A DNA stretch of 64,000 nucleotides from Monocercomonoides exilis PA203 (Eukaryota > Protista > Preaxostyla). Positions 49,401 to 61,745 of the stretch are shown here, piece after piece. Position 1 is the stretch's first letter. Each line of letters begins with the position of its first letter. Under the pieces are notes generated by a model that worked only from the letters and a program-made list of their open reading frames with translations, made no database searches and was not told the DNA's origin. The position numbers and the translations under genes are program-made. The stretch is taken from contig LSRY02000005.1 in the NCBI GenBank assembly GCA_001643675.2, positions 1,736,001 through 1,800,000 on the forward strand, in the 5' to 3' direction.

Positions 49401-52400
49401 ATCTGAACCTTCAATGTCTATATCAACCTCTGCTGCTTCAATGTTGTCAAGCTTAATCTCTTCTTCTTCTCCTTCTCCTTCTTCATTTTCTTCTTCTTCG
49501 TCTTCTTCCAATGAAGGTATTGGAGGAGCATCAGAAGAAGAAGAAGCAGAAGAAGGCAAAGGAAATGGCTCAGGAGATGAAGAAGGAGAGGGAAATTCAG
49601 AAGAAGAGGCAGAAGATGGAATAGGAGGAGGTGTGGAACCCATAAGCACCACCACTTCTGGTGGAAGCTGTTCATCTTTCTCGCTTAAACTCTCTTCTTC
49701 TTCCTCTTCTCCTTCTCCTTTTTCTTCTTTTTCTTCTTTTTCTTCTTCCTCTCCTTCTTCTCTCTCTTCTCCTTCTTCTTCCTCTTCTCCTTCTTCATAT
49801 CCTGGTATTGGTGAATTAGCAACTGATTCCATTGACTTCTCTGTCTCCATCGAAGGCGATTCAGCTGATTCTGGCAGCAATGGAACAACGTCACTGCTAT
49901 TGTAACTTCTCTCTTCTTCTTCGCCTTCTTCTCTTTCTTCTCTTTCTCTTTCTTCTCTTTCTCTTTCTTCTCTTTCTCTTTCTTCTCTTTCTCTTTCTCC
50001 TTCTTCTCCTTCTCCTTCTGAACCTGCTTCTTTCTCTTTATCTTCGTCTTCTTCACCTTCTTCTTTTTCTGAAGGTGTTGTTGGTGATGCTATTGATTTT
50101 TTAGATTTTCTTTCTTCTTCCTCCTCCTCTGCTTCTTCTCCGTTCTCTATTCCTTCTTTTTCTTTTTCTTCTTCTTCTTTCTCTTCTCTTCCCTCTTCTT
50201 TCTCTTCTTCTTCTTCTTCCTCTTCCTCTTCCTCTTCCTCCTTTTCAATGCCACCTGTTCTCAAACTCTCAATCTCTTTTCCTTCTTTTGGAGTTGCTTC
50301 AGGAGAAGATGTGTCTGATGTTTTGGATACCAAAATAACTGGAATTATTCCATGTTGACTTCTTTTTTCTTCTTCTCCTTCTTTTTCTTCTTTTTCTTCT
50401 TTCTCTTCTTTCTCTTCTTCTCCTTCTTCCTTTTCTTCTTTCTCTTGTTTTTCATCTTTCTCTTCCTTCTCTTCATCTTCGATTTTAGCTTCAACCTCTG
50501 ATTTTCTTGAAGATGCTTCTAAATTGCTTTCGTTTTCTTTCCCTTTTTCTTCTTCTTCTTTATCCTCTTCTTTTTCTTCTTCCTCTTCTTTCTCTCTCTT
50601 TCCTTTTGCCTTGGCTTCTTTTAATTGTTCAATCTTTTCTTTCTCTGCCTCTTCTTCTTCTTCTTTCTTCTTCTTCTCTTCTTCTTCTTCTTTCTCTTTC
50701 TCTTTCTTCTTCTCTTCTCTTTCCTTTTCCATTAACAGCTTCATTTCTCTCTCTTCTTTCAATCTTGCTTCTCTTTCCTCCTTCGCCTTCCTCTTTCTTT
50801 CTTCCCTTTCCTTCTTCTCCTTCTCCTTCTCTTTCCTCCTTTCTTCTCTTTCTCTTTCTCTTCTCATCCTTTTCTCATTCTCCCACTGCATTTTCTCTCT
50901 TTCTTCTTCCCTTCTTCTTCTTTCTTGCTCCAAATTTTCTCTTTCTCTTTCTCTTTCCTTCTCTCTTTCCACTTCCAAATCTTTCTCCCTCAAAAGATCT
51001 GAATCTCTTCCTCTTGTTCTCCTTCCTTCTTCTTCTTCTTCTTCTTCTTCTCTTTCTCTCTCCTTCTTCCTCCTCATATCCATCTCTGATTCCCTTGGAA
51101 TTGAATAGTAACCATCCACATCTCTTCTCCTCCTCATCCTCATTCTTTCTTCTTCCTCTTCTTCTTCTCTTTTTCTTCTCCTTCTTCTTTCCTCCTCTTC
51201 TTCTTCCTCTTTCTTCTTCCTTCGTCTTCTTTCCTCCTCCTCCTCCTCTTCTTGTTTCTTTCTTCTTCTTCTTTTCTCTTCCTCTTCTTCCTCCTCTTGC
51301 TGCTTCTTCTTCCTCCTCCTTTCTTCCTCCTCTTCTTCTTCAATTCTTCTTCTCCTCTCTCTTTCTCTCCTCCTCTCTTCTTCACTTGATTCACTGCTCG
51401 AATCACCCCTCCTCTTCCCTCTCTTGCTCTTCCTCGTCTTCTTCTTCCTCTTCCTTCTTCCTTCTTCATCATCATCTTCTTCTTCTTCTTCTTCTCCGCT
51501 TCTTCCTGGTGACATCGATTGCGCACTCAATATTGTCTGCTTCAGCATCGTTGTTAGATTCATCAGCTCTGCTTCCATTTTTTCCTTCTCCTTCACAGCT
51601 TGCGTGGTTTCTTTATCTTTCTTCTTCTTCTCTCCGTCTTCGCCTTTGTCTTCTTCTTCTTTCTCTTCTTCATTCAGAATTGACACCATATCGTCCAATG
51701 CAAACGAATACATGTCATCTTCTTCGTCTTTCCCTTCTTGAATCCTCTTCCTTCTCCTCTCTGCCTCTTTCTTCCTCCTCCTCAGCACTTTCTCTTTGAT
51801 CCTCCGCTTCGCTTTTATCTCTTTCCTCTTATCAGCTGCCTCCTCCAACAGCATCTTCTTCAGCTCTTCTTCTCTCTCTTCCGTCCTCTTCCTCAGCCAC
51901 ATCTTCATTTCTGCCTCTTCCTCTTCCTCTTTCTCCAGCAACAAAAGCCTTTCTTTCTTCCTCTTCGCCATTTTGCTTCTTTCTTCCTCTCTCTCTTTCT
52001 CCCACTGCGCTTCCACTTCTGAATCCACATCGTAGTCTTCCTCTTTCCTCCTCTGCCTCTCCTTCTCTTTCCTCTCTCTTTCTTCGTTCTCTCTCTCATC
52101 CTCGTCTTCTTCCAGCTGCCTTCTTCTCCTTCTCTTCCTCTCTCTCTCCTTCACTCTCTCTTCATCGTCGTCTTCGTCCTTCATCAGCGCTCTCCTTCTT
52201 GCCTCCCTCAGCTCTTGGTTCACTCTGATCTGCCCTATCTCAGAATCCTCTTCAATCAGCTCTTCTTCTTCCTCTTTCCATCGCTCTTCCTCTTCTTTGA
52301 TCCTTTCGACCTCTGCTTCTCGTTTTCTCCTCTCTTCTTCTCTTTGTATGCGCCTTTCCTCTTCTTCTTCTTCGATTCTTCTTTCTTCTTCTTCTTTCCT

Positions 52401-55400
52401 CCTTCTTCTTTCTTCCTCCTCTTCTTCTTTTCTTCTCCTCCTTTCTTCTTCTACTGTTGCTTTTTGTCTTCTTCTTTCTTCCTCTGCCACTTTCCTTTGT
52501 CTTTCTGCTTCTTCTCTTTCTTTCTTCTTTCTCTCTCTTTCCTTTTTATCGTCTTCTTTTTTCCCCTTTAGCATCCACTCCTCATCCAATATCTTCATCC
52601 TCAGCTCTTCTTTCTCCTTCTCAATCTTCCTCATTTCACTCAATCTTTGTTCTTCTTCGTCTCTTATTGCCTTCTCTTTTTCTTCTCTCTCTTTCTCTTC
52701 CTTCTGCTTCCTCTCCTGTTCTCTAACTCTCGACATTTCCTTTGCCTTCTCTTTCTCTTCTTCCTTCTCCTTTGCCTTCTCCTTCTCCATCTGCAGCTCC
52801 AGCTCCAGCTCCTTCTCCCTCTCCTTCTGCATCTCCATGATCCTCTCCATCTCGCTCTGCCTCTCCTTCTCAAATGCCTCCCTCCTCTTCGTCGCCTCCT
52901 CCACCAGCTGTGCTGCGATGCTCTCCTTCTCCTTCGCTTCCTCCAGCAGCTTCCGCAGATTCTCTTCTCTTTCTCTCTCTTTCTCCTTCTCAATCGCCCG
53001 TTCCTTCTCCTTCGCTTTCGAATTCTCCTCCACCGTCTGCTTCAGCTGCAACTCCAGCTCCTTCCTTATCTCTTCCAACCTCCTCCTCTCCTCTTCTTTT
53101 GCTTTCTCCACTTGTTCTAACATCTCTTTGGACTTTTCTTGCTCTAATGCCAGCATCGCCAGCTCTTTCTCTTTCCTCCCTTGTTCCAGCAGTCGATCTG
53201 TCTCCAGCTTCATAATGCGTTCTTTCTCTCTTATTCTCTCCTCTTTCTCTCTCTGCTCTTCTTCCTCCTTCATCTTCTTCGCCACTTTCAGCCCTTTCAG
53301 CATCAGCTTCGCTTTTTTCACTTTCAAACACATTTTCCACCAGTCCGCAATAAACAGTGCTTTCTGCCTCTTCTCTCGAAATCTCATCATCTCTTCCTCT
53401 TTCTTCATCATCCTCTGCTCCTCATACTCTCTTCTCTCCCTCAGCACATTCTCTTTCCTTCTCATTTCTTCCTCTTCTGCTCTTCTGATGCGCTCTGCCT
53501 CTGCTTCTGCTGCTTTCCTCGCCTCTTCCTCTTCTCTCCTCGCTCTCTCAATCGCTTCCTGTCTAATTCTCTCTCTCCTTCTGAGCATCTCCTCTTCTTC
53601 TCTCATCAGGTTCTCTTCGTTGTTCCTCGCTTCCTCCATCCGCAGCGCCTCCTCAATCTGCCTCGCCTCTTCCTCTATCCTCTTCCGCTCCTTCTCCAGC
53701 TCCTCCTCTGCCTGCCTCCTTTCTTCCTCTCTCTTCCTCTCCTCCTCCTCCGCTTTCCTCTTCAGCTCCTCTTTCCTCTCCTGTGCAAGCAACACCATCG
53801 CCCTCACTGCCTCTTTCCCTCTTGTCCGCGACCACCACCAGTTCTCTATGAAATCGACTGCTGCTTTGCGAGCTCTCCTCTCTTCCAGCCGCTTCAGCTT
53901 CTCTTCCCTCACCTCCCTCAGCTTCTGCTTCTCTTCCTCTCTCCGCTGCACCGCCTCGGCTTCTTTGTCCTTTTGCCTCAGAATCACTTTCAGTTTTTTC
54001 TCTTCTTCTCTCTCTCGCATCATCCTTTCTTCTTCTCTCTTCTTCTCTTCCTGCTCCTGCTTCCTCGCCTCAATCCTCCTCCTCGCCTCCATCAGCAGTT
54101 GCTCTTTCTTCGCCTCCAGTTCTGCCTTCTCCTTTGCCTCTGCTGCTTCTCGCCTCAGCTTCTCTGCTGCCAATCTCCTGTGCTCTGAATCCTTTGCCTC
54201 TGACCACGCTGAGCGAGGCATGGCAGGGCGGAGCTGGAACGAAGGAGAAGAAGAGAAAGAGGCAGAAGTCTTTGAATGCGGAGAGATGAGCGAGCCAATG
54301 GAACTGAGAGAAGCTAAAGAGGCAAGGGAAGGCTGGCGGGATGCGTGGGAGGAAAGAGAGGCGGTTGAGTGATGAGCAGGGGAATAGTTTTGAGATGATT
54401 GGAGAAAAGAAGAGGAAGAGGAAGAAGAGGAAGAAGAGGAAGAAGAGGAAGATGGAGATGCTCTTGCAATCCCAGAAGAAGAAGAAGAAGACTTTTTTGA
54501 AGTCGAAGGTTTGGAAGGTGTGAGTGTTACAACGTCATCCAGTAGAGAAAGAGCAGTGGCAGATGAAGAAGAAGATGATGATGATGATGCTTTGTTATTC
54601 ATCTTCCCTGCTTCTGGTTGAAGAAGTGACGATGTTGATGATAATGACGTTGATAGTGCTAATCCTTGTATTCCTCCTTTTTCTCCTTCTTTCTCTCCTT
54701 CTCTCCCTTTCATTCTATCTGTGATTCTGCTCTGTTCGTGTTCTCTTTCTGCTGCTTTCTTCCTCTCTGCTGCTCTTCTTAGCTCTTCCAGCCTCGCTTC
54801 CTCTGCCTTCTCCTTCGCCCTTCGCTCCGCCTCCCTCTTCGCTTTCTTCATCTCCCTTCTCCTCTCCTTCTCTTTCTCTTTCTCCCACAATTGCATCTCT
54901 TTCTCCTTCTTCTCCTCCTGCAGCTGTTTGTGCTGCTTCATCAAGCTCTCCTTCTCTTCCTCCAGCTTCGCTGCTGCCTCTGCTGGTAACGACATTTTCT
55001 CTATCAGAACTTCTTCGGTTTCCTCTTCTGCTCCTGTTGCTGTCAGAATAATCCAATCTTCTCTTTCTGCTCTTTCTCTCCTCTCCTTCTCCCTCTGCCT
55101 CTCTTTCTCCACAAGCAGCTGGATTTCCTTGTTCCTCCTCGTGTTGCTAACTCTCTCTTTTCCCTTTCCTTTCTCCTTCTCTTTCTCTTTCTCTTTCCTT
55201 CCTTCCTTCCTCACCCTTCTCTTCTGATGCACCTTCTTCATCCGCCTCACCAGCTTCTTCACTTTCTGTTTCTCAATCACTTTCTTCGTCACCATCTTCC
55301 TCCTCCGCTGTGCCACCACTTCTCCTTGCCCTTCATCCAGCACCGCCATCTCCTGCTCTGGCGACAGCTCAACGGGCGTTGGTTCTTCATCACTCGACAA

Positions 55401-56863
55401 TTCTTCCCCAAATTTACCGGCAGCTGTTATTTTCCCCATTGACGCACCAGGAATCGGAGGAGGCGGTGGAGAAGAAGAAGAAGAAGAAGAAGAGCTATCG
55501 TCTGAATCATTCGCGTTGTCTGATTCATTTGAAGAGTCATCAGCAGGCAGTGGTACAGGTGGTATTGGCGGAGGAGGTGGAGAGGCAGAAGATTGAGTGC
55601 TGTCATAAGAACGAGTGGCTGCTGATTTGGGTGTGGCTGGCTGCGAATGGCCAGGCGTCGGCACAGGCGTTGGCTCAGAGTCAGAATCGGAGGCAGAACT
55701 GTCGCTAGCTGAGATGTGTGGTGCTTGGATGCTTAAGAAGGCGCCAACTTCTTTGAACAGCGGTTTTGAGCTCGATTTGGATGAATGTGAATCTTTGCCT
55801 GTGCTGGCGTTGTATGCATGCTCGGATTCTGGGCCCAGCTCTTCTTCGACTTGGATCTCCTTTTCGACATCTTCTGTTACTTCTGTTTCGACTTCGGTGG
55901 AAACTTCAACGGTTTCTGTTATTGTTTCATAGTCACTTTCATTTGCATTCACATCATCTTCTTCATTAACTTCGTTTTGAATTTCATACTTTGATGAGTG
56001 TTTTTCGTCGTGATCTTTTTTCTCATATTTCTGTTCATCTTCAAATGATTTCGCTTTTTCGACATCTTCTTTAAAATATTGCCAATTCCCATCATCATAT
56101 ACGCTTAGTAACTTTTTCTTTTTCTTTCTTAATATAACATGTTTTTTAACTAATTGATGCTCTTTTGCCTTCGCAAAAAGTTCGTCAATCTCTTTAGAGC
56201 GACGAATAATTTGTGAGTCTTTTTCTATTTTCTCTTCTATTTCAGATTTTAATGATAACTCCTCTGCAAGTTGCTTTTCGCGTCTCATTTGAATTTCATA
56301 CATTTTCACTCTTTCTTGGTCTGCTTTAAGAACCTCCTTATTCTTTAACATTGCAAATGGCCAATAATCTGGTCTGTGTTCAGAAAGAACATTTTCGTTA
56401 ATGTTTGTACGTGGCTTTTGTTGAGGAGGGCGAGCATATGAACCTTTTTTATAGTTATATTTATCAATAACTGACGTTACAAATGAATTTTTCCCTGGGG
56501 ATGCAATTGGACTTTGAATTTTTGGTTGTTGTGGATATGGTTTTCCAGAAGTCTTTGAAAAAAATTTAATATTAAACATGTTTGTCATGATAGATAAAAG
56601 AAAATACATACCGTTCTCCCAAAATCGTGTGATTGGGGTAATGATTTAGGAGATGGTAAAAACATATTTTGACGTTGAAATGAATTTGATGGCGAGCGTG
56701 GAGGCTCGAGTTTTGAGATAATATCGTCAATGCCTGATGTGTAGAGTAAATTCGCACCCTTTGGAATAAAAAATGTAATTTTTTCAAGAAAACAGATTTT
56801 AAAAATATAAAGTCATACAAGCTTCTTTTGAAGAAGCTTTTGCTCTTTAGGATCAGTCTGCAT
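37443..56863 (-). CDS. Giant (~6433 aa) E/K/R-rich protein with SAH/coiled-coil regions, degenerate IQ-like motifs and ARM-like helical segments
   Basis: Exons 56863-56819 (MQTDPKEQKLLQKKL), 56758-56612 and 56552-37443, with GTATG..AG introns; the first 19 aa of the ORF-track entry are intronic. ARM-like segments: GGLEMLRSFL, GVEPLLLLL, LILNGAIQLASKLL, KIVSSGVMDVLTPII. Confidence 0.8.
38800..41300 (-). repeat. Coding array 2 of ~30-40-aa acidic-block/poly-Lys units
   Basis: Repeated ...ESEVPEEEGKKKKKKSKKGKK... units. Confidence 0.85.
42600..45200 (-). repeat. Coding array 1 of ~30-40-aa acidic-block/poly-Lys units
   Basis: Same unit type as the array at 38800-41300. Confidence 0.85.
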
Positions 56864-57046
56864 TTTGGATCAATATTAAGTCTCTGATCAAAAATGATCG
56901 AATGTTTTGATTTATTATTTTGTTTATTTTTTTGCAGTGTGTAATGGACTGCTTTTTTTTAATTCTTCTCTTTCAAAAAACATTATCTATTTTTTGAAAT
57001 GGTTATGATCAAAACAATCACTATTTCAAGGTGAACAACAATCTTC

Positions 57047-58738
57047 ATGAACTTTCACATATTTACATTTGCAATTTTGATGGATTTGTGCATGTCCAAA
57101 GAATTTTCTGCACTTGATGATGTCCTTCTGTTGCCTCGGAATATGTTTTCGCTTTCAGAAATGTTAACGCTAAATTCTGGTTCTTATGTGAGCTTTGGAA
57201 CTCAAATTATGGATTCTGTTGTTCACATAAAAGGTTCCGATGCTACAAAACTACGTCCGAATGATATATCGGAACTCCAATCATTATTCGCTGTTGAAAA
57301 TGCTTCTTTAAGTTTGTCAGAGCTTTCAGTTATGTGCACGAAGAAATGTCGTTTTGTTAATATTGACAAATTTTCTGATATATCTATAACAAGTTGCACT
57401 CTTACTAATGCAGATTCCATGGATTTCTTTATTTTGAATGATGGTGGCTCTCTATTTTTAAATAATTTTACGATAATTCAAGCTCCAAACACTAGAATTA
57501 CAGCAATCATGAAAAGCAACTCAATTTCTAGTTCATTGAAGCTGTTTCAAAGTTCCATGACTTCATTATCTCTGACGGGATTAAGTCCGTTAATAGGAAA
57601 TATTAACACTTCATTTGTTGAAGTTAAGGATTCCTATTTCGAAAATATTACAACCTTTGATTGTTTGGAACACATTAATAGCAATAATGAATTTTCTTTA
57701 AATATCAAATTTAGTTCTTGCACCTTGCAAAATAATGTAAATGATTTTTATGGGGGAGTAGCACTTGGAATGGTTGGAGGAACCGACTTTAAAGGAACAA
57801 ATCTGACAATTGTCAAAAGCAAAAGCACATACAGAGAGCAGCAAAATAGCACTGGTAATCAAACATATGAAGACTCAGAGTTTGTTGAATGCACAACAAG
57901 GTTAAACGGAGGCGCTTTAGCAAAAATTGATTACGGTTCCTTGAATGTTACGAATTGCGAGTTCAAAAAATGTGAAGCGCGAGGGGTTACGAGCCAGGGT
58001 GGAGCGATTTATATTGGAACGAGCGTACCTTTGGCTAGTCTTTACACAAAAGACTGTAAATTTATAAAGTGTCATGCAAAAAAATGTGGTGGTGCCATTA
58101 GTGCGACTGGAATATTAGTTGCAACGAACCCAGTTGTCAAATCATGCACTTCTGTCGAAGGAGGTGGAATGTATATTCATCCAAGCGAAGTCAATGTCGT
58201 GCCAGAAGGGACCTTGCGAGGAATTGATGGTGGAGAAATTACACACTGCACAGCAACAGAAGACGGGGGAGGGTTGTGGATTGGATTATTAACCACTTTC
58301 ATCAGACCGAAATTTAATGTGAGTGATGTTTATATTGCGTCGTGCAAAGCTGTTGGTGGAATGGGAGGAGGCGTGTTTTTGGCCGAAACAACAAGTGGTC
58401 TTCCACTTTTGTTTTCTGACTTTTATTTTGTCAGATGCATTTTTGGGGAGAACAAGGCTGAATATGGAGGAAATGATATATTTGCCGAAGAAGGATGGAA
58501 GGATGCATTAACAGAATCATCGTTTGTAGAGTCATATTCTGACAGTTCCACACCGAAAGTTCAGATTGAATCACAAGGCGAATTTAATGATTGGTTGAAG
58601 AAAGTTCCATATTTGAGATGGGAATATGTTGTGGTGGTTGTTGTCTGTATTGTGGTGGTTATTCTTGTTGTTGTGCTAATCATCGTTTTGTGCTGTTGCC
58701 GCAAGAAATTGAAGAAGTGTTGCTGCTGTTGCAAATAA
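57047..58738 (+). CDS. 563-aa beta-helix (GGAI/GGAL repeat) type-I membrane protein with Cys-rich cytoplasmic tail
   Basis: Hydrophobic N-terminal signal-like segment; NGGAL, QGGAI, CGGAI, EGGGM, DGGGL, MGGGV repeats; Val-rich TM; tail CCCRKKLKKCCCCCK. Confidence 0.88.
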   Translation: MNFHIFTFAILMDLCMSKEFSALDDVLLLPRNMFSLSEMLTLNSGSYVSFGTQIMDSVVHIKGSDATKLRPNDISELQSLFAVENASLSLSELSVMCTKKCRFVNIDKFSDISITSCTLTNADSMDFFILNDGGSLFLNNFTIIQAPNTRITAIMKSNSISSSLKLFQSSMTSLSLTGLSPLIGNINTSFVEVKDSYFENITTFDCLEHINSNNEFSLNIKFSSCTLQNNVNDFYGGVALGMVGGTDFKGTNLTIVKSKSTYREQQNSTGNQTYEDSEFVECTTRLNGGALAKIDYGSLNVTNCEFKKCEARGVTSQGGAIYIGTSVPLASLYTKDCKFIKCHAKKCGGAISATGILVATNPVVKSCTSVEGGGMYIHPSEVNVVPEGTLRGIDGGEITHCTATEDGGGLWIGLLTTFIRPKFNVSDVYIASCKAVGGMGGGVFLAETTSGLPLLFSDFYFVRCIFGENKAEYGGNDIFAEEGWKDALTESSFVESYSDSSTPKVQIESQGEFNDWLKKVPYLRWEYVVVVVVCIVVVILVVVLIIVLCCCRKKLKKCCCCCK

Positions 58739-61700
58739 TTTCAATATGTCAATGAGCAATTGAAAAAAATGGTTAATGTTTTTTGAGATACTTTAAATTA
58801 GAGTGAGTGCAAGTTGCTCAGAGAAATTAAGAAATAAAAAGAATTTTTATTCATGTGCTTTATAGTTTTTAATTCTTTGATTTTTTTATTGAAAGCAAAT
58901 GTTTATTTGTTGTAATTAAGAAGTCTTCTGTTGTTGATTTACTTTTTGCCTCAGCTATTATTACGTTTTCTATTATATCAAATTTTTATAACTACGTAAC
59001 TATTAATTTCAAATCAATTTTTCTTTGATTTCTAATTTTTTTACTTATATAATTCAATTGTCTTCCTTTTTTTATCAAGTTTCTATTTTATATAAAATAT
59101 ATTTGTTTGTTTTCGTTAAAATTTTTATATATTTTGTTTTGTGTGATATTTTTTATTTCAAAGTTTTGATATTTAAAAATGGAATTATCACTTTTCATAA
59201 ATCGACACCTTAATTTTTTTAAGTGAAAAGTTTCTTTTTATTGTTGACTATTTTTCATTTTTCGTATTTATTTGTATGCTGAACATCAACTAACTTAATA
59301 TTTGCACAAGTGTTATTTTTATTATTCTTAAAAAGTGAAAAAAACAAAATTAATAACAAGAATTTGAATCAATAGGAGAGATACATTTTGAAATTACAAG
59401 TTTTGAATGATTATATTTCCAAAAAATCAAAAAGAAAGATATTCAAGGGAATTCCTTTCAAGGAGAACATCAACCATTTTGAAGTTCATATTCATTCTCA
59501 AAAAATGTGAATTTTTTTTTCTATTTTTTTTTTTTTGAACAATTTTGCAAGAAAGGCCTTTCAGCTTTATGTGTCATTTTCTTAACAAAGAAATTAACAG
59601 ATGATATGCAACCGTCAAATAAATGTAATTTCAAGAATTATCGTCTGAATCACAAAAGCTACAATAATATGAAAAAATAAATGAACTTAAAAGAAAATCT
59701 CATGGTATGTCTTTGTGGAAAAAAAGGAAAGGAACATTTGTTTGAAATATTATTTTGAATTGAAAGTTGCAATTCAAATTTTATTGAAAAGTTGTGATTC
59801 TATTCACGACCAAAATTTTTTGTTTCAGTCACTTTTTGAAAAAAAGTCACATTATTTGGGGGATAATATGAATTTTCAAGCTTTTTTTGCACAAGGCACA
59901 AAATAATGTTTCACTCATAACTTCACTAAACTCTCTCAGATTTCAAAATAATTTCGTTTGTCAAATTTATAAACAGGAACTATTGATATTACAGCATTAT
60001 GTTTTGTTTCCTCAAACGTATTTCAAAAAATAAATCCAATTTATTTTTATTTTTTGATCACACGAATTTCATCCGCATTGCATAATTTTTCTATGAAAAT
60101 GTCTGAAGCGTAATTTTTGTCCCATATGAAAAAATGTCAAAATTCAACAGATGGGTGAATTATTCGTTGCAATTTTTCAAAAAATAATTGAACAATGCCC
60201 AAATTGTTTATTGTTTAAAAGGTCGAAAGATTTTTGGAGTTTTCGGGGCAAATAGATTTTTTGTGATTTTTTGAATTTTTTTTATATATTTTGTTTCTCA
60301 ATAATCACATAAATATTTGCAGAAAGAATAATGAGCACAACATTCTTTTCCATGAAAATGAGTCAATTTTAATTTCAATTTATTTTTTTCGTTGTTGCTC
60401 ACATATTTGGAGTTTCTTCATATTTTTGCAATCAATAGTGAAATTGAATTTTTTGTTTTGTTTCACTTGTTTCTTTTTGAATGATAACCATTTTCTTTTT
60501 AAAAAATTACGATGTGGGCTATTCTTTTTGAAAAATCGCAAATGTTTAATTTTCAAAAAATATTTTTTCTTATATTTTTCATATTTTGCTCATATTTATG
60601 TTTCCATTCACCAAACTTCACTAATATAGAATTTATTTCTGGATAATGCTATTTCAAACAGTCTTGAGGAGATTTGTGAGCTGAAACAGAAATTTGATCA
60701 AAATGTGATATTTTGGTTTATATGAATATTTAACATTTGCGACTTTTCAAATAGAATAACCCATGTTAATTACGGAATAATTAATATAAAAAGCTATTTT
60801 CATAACTGATGATATGCAACTTTAAAAAAAAAAAAATCCAATTTTTTTAGCAATAGCTATTTTTCAAATTCATCTTGATGGAACAATGAAATGAAAAGCA
60901 ATTTGAAATATTTGTTGTTGTCATTGTTGAAATTTCAAATTTCAAAAAAACATTTTTATTAATAACATCAAATGTTTATCAATTTATTTTGAAATAACAA
61001 TTTCATATTTATCATTGTGATGTTCGAATAATTAGTTAATTTCTATTAGATTTGACTTTCAAAAGAATTCCATAGGCTTATCCATTTAAAAATCATTCTT
61101 TCGTTCGAGTTTTGGTCGAAAATCATGAACTCAATTAGATTGAGAAGAAAATTTTTCTTTTAAAATATCTTTAGAAAATGTCTGAAGAATCCGATGAAGT
61201 TCATTTTTTCATAATCCCATTGAGATAACAATTGTGATCAAAACTCAAACGAAAATGAATTTCCAAAAGGATAATACATATATTCTTATTAATCAATTGA
61301 GAAAGAAAGTTTATTCTTATTCCCATAAAAACAGTTATTATGATAAAAACTCAGACGAATGTGTGATTACAAAGAGGATCAGCGATATGAAATTCATCCA
61401 ATGAGAATTATTGTCTTGCTTTACTCAAAAATACCTATGAATATGTGTTAAGAATGAAAAAAAAAAAATACTTATTAATAAAAATTACTTAAAGAAGATT
61501 GTTTTTGAAATTGTTATATGCAAAACCTGAAATAAAAAAATATAAATATAAAAAAATCAAACAAAAAATCACTATAGAAATAACAGTGGCTTCACAGCTT
61601 CGTAAAAATCAAAAAAAAAATTTTTTTTTACGCTTTGCATTTCTTAATTTGTGGCCAAACTTAAAAAACGCATTTATGCCATCACGCAAAAAAAATATAA

Positions 61701-61745
61701 CTCACAATTTAAATGTATGAAAAATGGTTTTTTTATCAAATGCTT

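Noticed and set aside
61020-61045. 14-nt match (TCGAATAATTAGTT) to the long-TIR element end
   Set aside because: Too short and AT-rich, with no partner arm found.
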